A stretch of 64,000 nucleotides of DNA from Takakia lepidozioides (Eukaryota; Plantae; Bryophyta), in assembly GCA_030704615.1 (NCBI GenBank), contig CM060734.1:44888001-44952000 (forward strand). The letters run 5' to 3'. A program made the position numbers and the translations under genes. The notes beneath the pieces were generated by a model, which worked only from the letters and a program-made list of their open reading frames with translations, ran no database searches and was not told the DNA's origin. Below, piece after piece: positions 40,415 through 51,250 of this stretch (the first letter of the stretch is position 1; each line of letters begins with the position of its first letter).

Positions 40415-41120
40415 GTAGTTTCCAGTTTCACTGGTGTCACAACTGCCTTCAAGTCAACATCAAAATTAAGTCCACCTATGCGCAAATCGCAGAATGTCTC
40501 ATGACACCATCTGCCGCCGCTGGTTTGGCATGATATGATTGTAGTTCACAACCTTAATGAACGCTTTCAGCCTTGACCTCTTTGCGATCTTCTTCTGTGA
40601 CTGCTTCTTCATAATTTATGAAAGGGAAAAGCAGCTACACATCAAATTCTTGCAAGTACAGGGGGGTACTCAGGCCTCCTTGGGAGAAAGAGTGCCATAA
40701 ACACAGACACATCCTTAAATGTAAAAATTGGAGAAGCGAACGTCTGGTGGCAATAACTGCCTAAACCAGAATTATACTCCATTCCAGCGCACATGTAAAG
40801 GGTCGGATGATAACTCGGAATCCCAGTTGGAGATAATGAGACGAATACATGACTATCTTGCGAGTTTCAACTTTCTTGGAGGTAGTTTCCAGTTTCTCTG
40901 GTGTCACAACTGCCTTCAAGCTGGGTTTAGAGGAATTAAGTCCCACTCGCAAATGCAGAATGTCTCCCTCATCTGCGTGGGCAAAATGGGGTTTGGCATG
41001 ATATGATTGTAGTTCACAACCAAAGGGCATATTCTTCAGCCTTGACGTCTTTGCGATCTTCTTCTGTGACGCCTTCTGCATAACTTGTGAAATGGAAAAG
41101 CAGCTACACATCAAATTATT
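40415..41120. repeat. ~230-bp direct repeat (40415-40650 and 40885-41120) within the transposon
   Basis: Shared GGTGTCACAACTGCCTTCAAG, GTTTGGCATGATATGATTGTAGTTCACAACC and GAAAAGCAGCTACACATCAAATT. Confidence 0.8.
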
Positions 41121-41929
41121 GCGATGCCACTCAATGGCACTATGAACGTTTCGAGCATGCTGTCAGAAAACTAGACGGGCAAAAACCCAATTCAGCAGCC
41201 TCACCTTGCGTGGATACTTGGGAATTGATGCCAGAAGGGCATGCCCGTATGCGCGCTCCATCGTGCCTCCATCCAGCACATTCTGTAAATGATGAATGAC
41301 CAAGACCCCGATGTCACACCGTTCTGAGAAGCCACTACGCGCGCTCACAGTATACGAAGGCCTTGCCGTGTCAGGATTTCCATTCCCACGTCCCGCCATG
41401 TCCGACGCAGCACTTGCATCCTTGTCTCTGCCAGGTGGAGGCAGCACGTATTAAAATATCTATTCCCCCAAGGCCACATTTTGTTTACCTCTTTTTGTGA
41501 AAGCCACGTCAGCAAATGTGCTGCCGAGTCATGGGTGCAATGAATGCGCAGTGGTTCATGGAGTCGTTGAGTCGACTACATATTCACTTTAATGAATAAA
41601 TATCTTTATTCCATTAATCGAATTAGGAAAGAAAATTTGTAGTCGCATGTGCAGTAATTACAACCACTTGTAATTTTGGCTTTTTCAAATTTTATGTATT
41701 TACGCAATTCGTAAAATAGCCCGGAATTCTGCTACGACTCCGGAGTCGTTGACCCCACTTCTGTCCGCCGTCTGAAATGCCCCCGTGGGCCCACATTGTC
41801 TGTTTCGACTCTCCAGTAGTCCCGTTTACTACCAAGTGGTTCCCGGAGTGGTCGCGGACATGCAGTCGAATCGGAAAAGACACTGATGCTAACAAGCTTG
41901 TTAGCTGCCTCCAGTCATGTCCACTGCCA

Positions 41930-42565
41930 CTATCCCAAGCAGTGTGGACACAACCAATCTCCGTTAGGAACCTTCTCAAGAGGTGGTGTCAAGCATCCCA
42001 TATGCCAACCCCTTGAGCATCGATCACACACCAGCATGGTGGCTGCCCCTTTGGCAGACCCACAGAGCATGCACCTCAAACCTGCAGGTACCACTGCCAA
42101 GTTTGGGTCAACTCTGCCATCGACATTGGGAAGGTGACATAGCGCACAATTACGCACATGGTCCTTCCAAGTCATGCCATCCCGACCCTCCAAGATCAGG
42201 ACCCCTGAGGGCAACACCTCTCGAACCCTCAGAATAACACGCCCTGCAGTAACATCCAGAGTCGTAGGAGCAGTCTGCTGCAAATAAACATAGTCACCAG
42301 GGCTAAACCTCCGAACCCCAGGACGATATCCTCCACCACGTATAGTGGCATACCTCAACGTATCACGGTGCTGTGCAATGGCAAGGTTCTCAAAAGCCAT
42401 GGGCATGACTTTCTTGAACAACTCTGTACGCTGATCACATGCACGTACCCACACGTCCGGATCGTCAAGGTTAAGGACTTGAGCAGTGTCCCTACGAATG
42501 GCTGCAGGCAAATCCGGCTCTCGGCCAAAAAGAAGGAAATATGGTGAGAAGGAGGCAAGTGACAA
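41930..42565 (-). pseudogene. Integrase C-terminal region with PHD finger (DNMT element)
   Basis: FSPYFLLFGREP (end of the rve core), FSPGDYVYL, CMLC..MLVCDRCSRGWHMGCLTPPLEKVPNGDWLCPHC (C4HC3). Confidence 0.88.
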
Positions 42566-42799
42566 GAAGTCAAGGTCGGCGTGGCCGAATGCATGGTAGG
42601 TGAACATGAATCAAGATGATCTTTATAACAATGGACAAGAGTACAAAATACTGGAACTCGACTCGGATACTGGAATGCTGGAAACTGGACTGGATACTGG
42701 AAGCTGGACTGGAGTACTGGACTTGGAACAAGAGTAGCTTGAACTTGTGTTGGCGAGACTGAAGAGTGTCCAGTCTCACCTTCTATATATACTGGCTAC

Positions 42800-43680
42800 T
42801 AAGATGCTTCCCCAATGTACGAAATACTCAAGACGTTTATACTTGATGCGAGGGTCTAGGACTTCGTCGACTTCATACTCAATTTCCTGATTGACTTTGA
42901 TTGGTGGAGGTGGTACGGAAACTCTCCCTGGAATATTCGATGGATGATACAACTCCAATAGTGAAACATGAAAGACTGGATGGATGCGCATATTTCGTGG
43001 GAGTTCCAGCCGAAAACTGACCGGATTTATTTGTCGAATAATTTTGAAAGGTCCCAGGCGTTGATAATCCAACTTCTTTGATGGTCGCGAGGTTTGTATG
43101 TCCCGTCGAAGAAGCCACACACGATCTCCGACCTTGAACTGGGGTTGGAGTTGGCGACGTTGATCTGCATACTCCTTGTATTGTTTTTGAGCTTCTGCGA
43201 GGTGGGATGTAAGCTCCTTGTGAATCGTAGCAACATGAGTAGCAAGGTTTTTTGCAGCAGGGCTTCCAGCAGTTTTCATGTGGACATGGTTTACTCGAGG
43301 ATGATCACCATAATTGGAGAAAAATGGAGTTTGTTTGGTCGAAGAATGTATAGTGTTATTGTAGGCAAACTCAGCCACTGACAGAAGGTCCGTCCAATTA
43401 TCTTGGTGATAATTTATCGTACAGCGAAGATACTGCTCCAAACTCTGGTTTACACGTTCGGTTTGACCATTAGTCTGTGGATGATGAGCTGTAGAGAGGT
43501 TGATCTTAGTATCCAATATGTGAAATAACCCCCTCCAGAAATTTGATATGAACTGTGGTCCTCGATCAGAAACGATGTCCTTCGGGAGTCCATGAATGCG
43601 GTAGATATTATTGAGGAAGAATCTTGCAGTTTCCTCGCCGGTAACCGTTTTATTACATGGAATGAAATGTGTCGCATTGA
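42800..43680 (-). pseudogene. Fragment of a second chromovirus integrase and the start of its chromodomain
   Basis: HFIPC..IVSDRGPQF..STAHHPQTNGQTERVNQ..LGPF..IHPVFHVSLL..EYEVDEVLD..YFVHW; sequence distinct from the 24170 integrase. Confidence 0.88.
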
Positions 43681-43795
43681 ATGCAAAATACGTACTGCTT
43701 AATAAGCACGAGTGCGAAACCATTGAACTACCGTTATCGTTCTGGCATCATAATTGTTATTTGTAATTCGTTTTTACTCATCCCTACTTTGATCA

Positions 43796-45130
43796 ATGCA
43801 GCAAGAACTGGCAGAGGCAGCTGAGACGGGGAAATCCGAATACTACCGCACTACAACAGAGGAACTTAGGACATCAAAGGGTGTGGAGGCAGCAATAAAG
43901 AAGGAGTATGAAATCCGGAGAACCAAACTGATGTCCGCCTTCTCTAAGCAGCTTAGAATAGTAGATCCTAGCCTTGGAGAGGAGTTCCTTCTGCAGATCA
44001 AATCTCACTATGACAAGCATGTGCACCCGGAGATGCAGCAGGAGAAATTGCACCGGCTGGCCATCTCCATGGTTGACCCCCAAACCAAAATTAGATGGTT
44101 GGAGATTTGGAACTCAGATCAGACAGTGAAGGACTTGAATCAGGTCCCTAAGAGCACTATACAGCCTGGCACAAAGGTGGAGGGAATCAGTGATATTGTG
44201 TTTGACAACTGACTTCACAAGGCTACATTTTGGAGTCAGGTGTGTATTCATTGAAGTTTCATCTTTGTTGACTTCATGAATGTAATGACTAACTTATTTG
44301 CAAAACTGACAAATGTACCCTTTGCAGCTGAAGAAGCGCGCCATCCTTGTGCTCGAGCAGAATTTGAAGGACTTGAATATTTCTATTGTTTCCCCGCCTC
44401 AAATGACATTGGAGGCATACATCAGAAAGTGGAGAGGTCTCACTTGGCGATACTGTTTTTTCCGGGAGTTTTCGAAGGATGGTAACATTTTGCGGTCCAA
44501 CAACTTTGACAGTCAGGTTGGGGGGGAGTGGGCCATGATGCGAGTTGTGTACAATTGCATTTCCAACTAGAAACTATATTGCATCTTGTGAGAAATCCTT
44601 AGGCGTTGTTAGAAGGGCTCTTCACTGATAGGAGGTGAATGTCGGTGCCGACATTCACTTCCATGGCTGTGAGCCCCTATGGACAGAGATTTCATTCACA
44701 TGGATTAGGGAACTTAGGGTGTGTTGGCAGTGTTCTTGAATGGAATTTTGTGAATGTCGTTGACGACCATCACATCCAAAGCTATTGTGAGCTTCTATAC
44801 CGAGAGATTTCTTGTACGTTTTCTAGGGTGCCCAATAGTTATATGCAGTGTTACTCTCACGAATTTTCTGAATGTCGGTGCTGACATTCACTTTGAGAGC
44901 AATGGGCTTCTGCATAGAGAGATTGATTTCCAATTTGTCTCGTGGTTTGCAGGTACACAAAATATGTGCTGATGGATGGAAATCACCTCAGTGGTGTCCC
45001 AGATTATCTTGACATGTGGTCGGACCCGGGAAACGATCCAACCATATATACTTCAGGGATATTGAAGGACTGGAGTCCTGCACACTTTGTCAAGGACGAG
45101 AACATGACAGAACACAAACAAGAGATCAGA
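43796..45130 (+). other. Unidentified spliced gene-like fragment
   Basis: 138-aa ORF plus exon-like segments with AG/GT sites (about 44329-44515 and 44953 onward); no family recognised. Confidence 0.3.
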
Positions 45131-45134
45131 CTAG

Positions 45135-45788
45135 ACTCCTCATGGGCATGCCGCACTAACCGTGCACGCTGTGTGGGGTGAGGCACAATCCTCACCCGAC
45201 CATCCTCCCACACTCGAAGTAGGTGTATCCCCTCCCACTTGAACCTCTTGGCTCGTTGCAGGATCCGATCCCTCTCCCTGGCAGTCACAGTGGCTGTCGT
45301 GTCTCCCTTGCGGAGGTAGTCCAACACAGCCAAATCCTCATGTATAACTCTGGCACCACCTGGCTCATCACTAGCCTCAGGGTCCTCAGACACTCCGTCT
45401 ACAGTCATCCCTGTTGTAGGTCCAACCTGACCTCCCGATGCCAAGATACACAAAAATGCAGATGCGTACCATCCCGACACCATCTCCTCGTCCGTCTCAC
45501 CATACCACCGAGCTCCAGTGTCATCCTGCTAGCTCGTGCATGGATTGCGACTCAATCCATCCGCATCCCGATTGACCAAACCCGGTTGATGCACAACCTG
45601 AACATGTCTCTCATGCTCCTCCACCATAGCATGAGAGGCAAAGCAATTCCTGTAAGCCTCAGGAACCGCCGTATACGTCGTCTCTCTCCTCTAGTGACAA
45701 TAGGTCCATTGTTAGGCTCCCAATTGCCCTTCGTAACTGCAACCTTAAGTCCAGCAAACTTAGAGGTAGAGGACGCGTCCCGTGGTTG
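45135..45788 (-). pseudogene. Deleted RT/RNase H remnant and integrase N-terminus (DNMT element, - copy)
   Basis: Aligns to 57078-58979 with two large internal deletions; retains DADGLSRNP and RLVRHAHEE. Confidence 0.85.
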
Positions 45789-46016
45789 CTATGCCGCAAC
45801 CTCTTGAGCAGTACTCCCTGCCTGCTCAGTCAATGACAAGGCCTCATCCTGCCCCATCATCTCATCCTTGAGGACCTCCTCAACCCGAGAAGAATCCCCA
45901 ACCTCATCCATTACAGCCGCCTTGGCTGCCAACTCCCTCTGAACCTCGAGCACCTCCCACGTGTGCCATGGATGCATGCACCCTGTGGTCCTCACATGCT
46001 CGCCCCCACTCACTGC

Positions 46017-47360
46017 CTATACCGTCTCGGTAGGCAGAGAGACCATCAAGGGAAGTGTACTCCACACTCTGTGTTGCTCAGCCATAGCCAAGCTGATAAT
46101 CCAGGTCAAGCAATTGAGATCCATTGTTTGCCCCAACACTTGACGACGTGATGCCTCAGAAAGAGACGACACTGCCGTGATACCAGTGGTAAAACCCATA
46201 GCCCACTCTCGCTCGTCGGCATTAGGCTCCACTAACTGTTGCAACTGAGCATCCCACAGGAGGCCAGGTCCGCTATCCCGGAAAGCATGCGATCCTGGGA
46301 AGCTGAGCAGTGTAGGTAGTGCTGCTTGTGGTCGACCCACCTTGTTGACCACTGCCAAAGGCGAACGGTCATCGTGTCTCACACACTGAGACTGCCTCCC
46401 TGTGTCCAAAATGCTATCCACTGTGAGGTGTGCTGGCCGCTGCACCCCATCAAATGCACGCTTAAGCAGTGCGGGTGACATCAAGTTAGTCCACCATAAC
46501 TGTGGACGATGAGCCCGTGACCCCACTGCAACTGCATCCAGCAACACTGCTGACCCAAGCCATGACCGGACTTGATGCACACTGGCCATCACCCTGGTCC
46601 AAGAATTGCCCATCAGTGGTACATTCTCCAAGATGTATGCTGGAGATACAGCTTGATGAAGCTGCAAGTGGCGCAAAACCCGCACCATCACCCAAAACAG
46701 ACCCGACCTCGAGTCTCGCAATCCATTGCCATGCCCGGCTGATGAATGCCCTTGGCAGGGCCAACCTGCCACTACCAGATCAATGGAGCCAACCCGCTCC
46801 AAATCCTGCGCCCCCCACAACGAAATGTTTTCTGGCAAAGCCTGCTGATATCCACGAATTGCAGAAACCGACAACAACTCAGGGTACCGCTGCACCAACT
46901 GAGCAACATGGCGAAGTGAAACACGTCGTGCAGTCTCATCCCTCTCCACATACAGGTAACGCCGAACTCGTACACCTGCTTGTAACACAGCAGCCAATCC
47001 GGTGCTGATCCCGCCAAACAAGTCCAGAAGACAAATCCCTTCATCCGGATACTGCCACACAATAGGTGTGGTGTCCAATGGAGACAACTGAGGTGGTCCT
47101 GGTGCAATCCCCGCACTCTCATCCTCTCCTGACGGTACAAAAGCCTCCACCCAGGCTTGTTGCACCCGTCGATCAGCATCCCGCTGCAAATCCTTGCTCG
47201 TGCCCCACAATGGAGTCTGAGCAACCATGGTAGGCAACTCCGCCATACCATACATGTCATCCTGCTCTCCCGGAGGTGGCACATCCTCTGAATGAGCGTT
47301 GCCCTCAAGCAACTCTCTAGGCCAACTCACTGCCGCTATGAATGCTGCTAGTGTCGGCAT
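46017..47360 (-). CDS. DNMT3-like C5 cytosine DNA methyltransferase domain of the retroelement polyprotein (domain uninterrupted)
   Basis: Motif I LDLFGGIS, II YVERD, IV AGWPCQGHS, VI ILENV, VIII RAHRPQLWWTN, IX EREWAMGF, X RRQVLGQ. Confidence 0.92.
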   Translation of the reverse strand: MPTLAAFIAAVSWPRELLEGNAHSEDVPPPGEQDDMYGMAELPTMVAQTPLWGTSKDLQRDADRRVQQAWVEAFVPSGEDESAGIAPGPPQLSPLDTTPIVWQYPDEGICLLDLFGGISTGLAAVLQAGVRVRRYLYVERDETARRVSLRHVAQLVQRYPELLSVSAIRGYQQALPENISLWGAQDLERVGSIDLVVAGWPCQGHSSAGHGNGLRDSRSGLFWVMVRVLRHLQLHQAVSPAYILENVPLMGNSWTRVMASVHQVRSWLGSAVLLDAVAVGSRAHRPQLWWTNLMSPALLKRAFDGVQRPAHLTVDSILDTGRQSQCVRHDDRSPLAVVNKVGRPQAALPTLLSFPGSHAFRDSGPGLLWDAQLQQLVEPNADEREWAMGFTTGITAVSSLSEASRRQVLGQTMDLNCLTWIISLAMAEQHRVWSTLPLMVSLPTETV

Positions 47361-47366
47361 CTTGCC

Positions 47367-49932
47367 TCATTGGGCAACCGCAACTCCTCCTCTAAACGTC
47401 ATAGGGAGCTGCACACGCCGGCCATCCCTTAACTGCCATGCAGGCCTATAGAAAGCTGACTCCTCCCAAAAATCGAGGGTGAAGCCCATGGGATACAACA
47501 CTGCCCTACCAACCAGGACATCGTATGAGACCGCGTCTGTCACAATGGCCTTGGCTCGCATCACTGAGCCATCTGTAGGGTGATCCGGCCGTAGTCTGAT
47601 AGCCAACTCACGCCGTGTCATGCCCGAGCCTGCTCCGATCCTCCTAGAGACGTCTGTATCTGGAAAGGACAAGGCTCCATATCCGCCTCCGTGAGGCCCA
47701 AGCCTGCAATAGCAGCTCTGCCCAGCATCAATGGCTGAGCTCCCGAGTCCAACAAGACCCGCAGTGGCCGGTACCTCTTGCCTGCCGGTCCACTCAAACA
47801 GAAAATGTCATCCTGGTTGTCTAACATGACAACTCCAGGTGTCACCATGGCGCGCTCAATGGCTGGCCTAGCTGGCAGCTCCATCAACCTGGCAGCTGCA
47901 GCTTGCCATGGCGCCGCCGTGGCAGTCTTGACCCTCAAATCCGAGGATCCCTCCGGCACTACACCTCCCACTATCTCCGCAGAAGATGAAGTAACCTTCC
48001 CACTATCACAGAGTGTAGCTGCCAGCCTGAACACCTCAGCTGGTCTTACCCCCGGCGTCGCAATCATGGTAGCCGAGAACAATGGAGCCTGGCACATAGA
48101 TGTGGCCGCTCATAGCAGCACACTAGCTGCCGTAGCCTTAGCAACACTAGGTAGTGGTGCTACCCGTGTAGCTCTCCCCAATGACATAGTAACCTCCGCC
48201 TCGGTAACAGTCGGGCGAGAACTATGTACCATGGATGGCGTCGACACTGTCTCCGCCAATGTGAATGACTGAGGAAGCCTAGCCTGATGGCTTGCCTCCC
48301 CACGCTGTGGATCCAACTCCACCTCTATACCTCGTGGCTCAAGAACTCGTGCTGCTCCTCGAGTCACGGCTGCAGCAGACTCCACCTGCACTAGTGGTAG
48401 TGCTGCTCCACACATGAATCCCATGCCTCCCATATCTCCTCCCTCAGGAGGTGGACCATCCGGCCTTAGAGCCGGTACCACCTGAGCTGTAGTCATGGCA
48501 GCGAGCCTCTGCTCTAGCTGCTGAAGCCGGTTGGCCATGCCTTGGTCAACACCCTGACCTCCGCGTCCTTGGCCATGTTGAGCTTGCCCTTGGCCTGCAC
48601 CTCGTGGCTGGCCACCTCGCCCCCGGCCACCATTGTTCCCTTGGAACTGGCCTGGGCGCAACTTAGGATGCAAACCATAACACTGGGCCTCTCCATGCCC
48701 GTGCTTGCCACAATGCCTACACTGCAACTGTGCAGGCTGTGCATATGCCGGCCCTTTGCCTCCCTCTGAGCAATCCTTCTTGACATGGGGTCCTCCACAT
48801 GTCCAGCACACCACATCCGCCGTTGTTGGCCAGCAATGAAGGGAGAGACCCCTGCATCTGAGGTCCTCTCTGCCCTTCCCTGAGCTTCACATGAGCCCCC
48901 TTGTTGCCTTGAGCACGTTGAGGTAGTGGTTGGCTAGGAGCACCACTACCCCGTGGTGTCTCCTTAGCAAATCCCACCATGACCACTCGTTCCTCCACCA
49001 TGTTGAGCTCTATCCGCTCTGCCAGCAAACACATTTGCTAAGGTGGGTTGGGCGCTTGTAGGAGAGTTGCATCCCGCACCCTTCTCCTTAGCTCCTTGTC
49101 CAATATCCCATACCAGAATTGGACTGCCTGAGCTTCCGTAACCCCTTGGTTACATTTATCAAGCGCCTCATGCGAGTGAAAGCCTCCCTCATGCTCTCGG
49201 TCGGCTTCTGTTGGAACTCTTGCAAGCTCCGCAACTTCTCTGTCCTCACCCCTTGGTAGTTCCCTCTCAATTCTTCGAAGAACTCCACAACAGGGTTGAA
49301 GGCAGGCACGGGTACTAGTGCTGGTGTGGTAGTGGCTTGGGTGGATGTCGTAGCTACTGTACCACCAGTCCCACTAGTCCCACTGCTACTCACTGAAGCT
49401 GCCGGTGCAGCGGCAGGTGTAGCCACTGCCCTCGTGGCTCTAGTGCCCCTAGTGATGGAGACATAGTCGGTGACCAGTACATCCTCCACTCCTCGATCTC
49501 AACCTCATGCCCCCGCCTGAACTCATGGTAATCATCCATAGGCGGCCCCTCAAGGTGCTGAAACAGCCCCTTCCATGCCATGAAAGGCGTAAATAGTTGT
49601 GGATTGCGCATTTGCTGCAAATCACACCAACTATCAAACTCTTGGATAAAATCATCCAACTCGATGGTGCCCACCGCCCCAGAGTACCTTCGTGGCCCCT
49701 TGGTAGCTCCATACATCTCCTCCATTGTGTCCCACAACAATGGCAAAGAAACAACTTGCACCGCCGGTATGAGTCCTCTTGATTCACAATCCGAATCAGA
49801 ACCTTCCGTAGAAGACACAGGAGGTGAAGGTGGCCTAAACCGCACACCTTGTCTCGTGTACCCACTAGTATCGCTAGCGCTCGAACCGGCACTGTCCCCA
49901 GCAACTAGTGGCACCTCCGTGTTGACACTCAA
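47367..49932 (-). pseudogene. Gag (two zinc knuckles) and aspartic protease of the DNMT element, with frameshifts and stops
   Basis: YSGAVGTIELDDFIQEFDSW, FQQKPTESMREAFTR, CWTCGGPHVKKDC, CRHCGKHGHGEAQC, VLLDSGAQP, YDVLVG. Confidence 0.85.
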
Positions 49933-50169
49933 CCGTCATGAATATGTCCCTAACCCCCTCTCCACAAGGTAACCGGGTAGAGAACCTGTTGCGGCTTATG
50001 GTTTGGAATACTAAGTTCCTAACATAGCCTACACCTGTACTTGCATGACCATGGTATATCATGAAGATACTCCTCAAACCGCCCTCCACGAGCTTCAAAA
50101 TTCGGCCTTCAAGACCACATGCCAGTCCTTAGGCAGTCCACTAGTGCCTCCACGAGTCAGCACAGGCCG

Positions 50170-51250
50170 TCCACAGGTCAACCGGGCCACCACAGACCAG
50201 CACAGGCCCCACAGCTCACTGGTCACAGCCGTCACAGTCCCACAGGCCACTGGGCACAGCCTGTCACGGCCTGTCACAGCCCCACAGGCCACAGGGCACA
50301 GCCCCGCACAGCCGTCACAGTCCCACAGGCCACTGGGCACAGCCTGTCAGCCTGTCACACCCACAGCCCACAGGCCACAGGGCACAGCCCCGCACAGCCC
50401 GTCACAGCCCCAAAGGCCTCAGGCACGGCCTTCACAGCCCTCACAGCCCCTCACAGCCCTAAAGGCCGGGCACAGGCGGCACAGCCCCCACAGCCAAAGG
50501 CCTCAGGCACGGCCTGACATAGCCCCTCACAGTCCGTCACAGCCCCAAGCCTCAGGCACGGCTTGTCACAGCCCCTCACAACCCCTCACACCATGCCCCA
50601 CAGGCCCACTGGGCACAAGCCTGTCACAGGCCCCTCACAGCCCGTCACAGCTTGCCACACCCCTCACAAGCCCCCAGGGCCTCAGGCACGGCCTGTCACA
50701 GCTTCTCAACAACAGCCCATCACAACAGCCCCAAAGTCCCTCAGGCACGTCCCTCAGAACATCCCGTCACAGCCCGTCACAATATCTTGCCACAACAGGC
50801 CCCTCACCAGCCACCACAGCCCCCAAGGCCTTAGGCAACGGCCTGTCACAACTTCTGCTCACAGCCCGTCACAGCCCCAACGGCCTCAGGCACGGCCTGT
50901 CACAGCCCACTCACAACCCATCACAGCCCCAAAGGCCACGGGGCACACACATCCTGTCCACAGTCCCTCACAGCCCGCACAGCCCAAAGCCTCAGGCCGG
51001 CCTGTCACACATTCGCCCCTCAACAAACCCCTCACAAAGACAAAGCCCCAAAGGCCATGTGCACAAACCGCCGATCACAAGATCACACACACAGCACAGC
51101 GCCCTCCAAATCACAATCCCCTCCAACATACCCCAGCCCCCACAAGCCACTGGCACAGCCTGTCACAGCCCCTCACCAATCCGCCAGAGGACCCCCTTCA
51201 CACCCGCTCCGACGGCCCCCGGCAACACGCCCTCACAAACCACACACAAA
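50170..51250. repeat. Degenerate ~10-bp-based tandem array (GTCACAGCCC / CACAGGCC) in the element 5' leader
   Basis: Visible periodicity; mirrored at 54470-54940. Confidence 0.9.

Larger units (their letters stand above)
20640..41756. mobile_element. En/Spm (CACTA-superfamily) DNA transposon, ~21 kb including nested inserts
   Basis: Imperfect TIRs GGGGT-AACGACTC / GAGTCGTTGACCCC flanked by a 3-bp direct repeat ACT (20637-20639, 41757-41759); contains tnpD- and tnpA-like genes; removing it rejoins the host retroelement 3' UTR. Confidence 0.65.

Noticed and set aside
50170-51250. CRISPR-like array
   Set aside because: No constant repeat with unique spacers, no cas genes, eukaryotic context.
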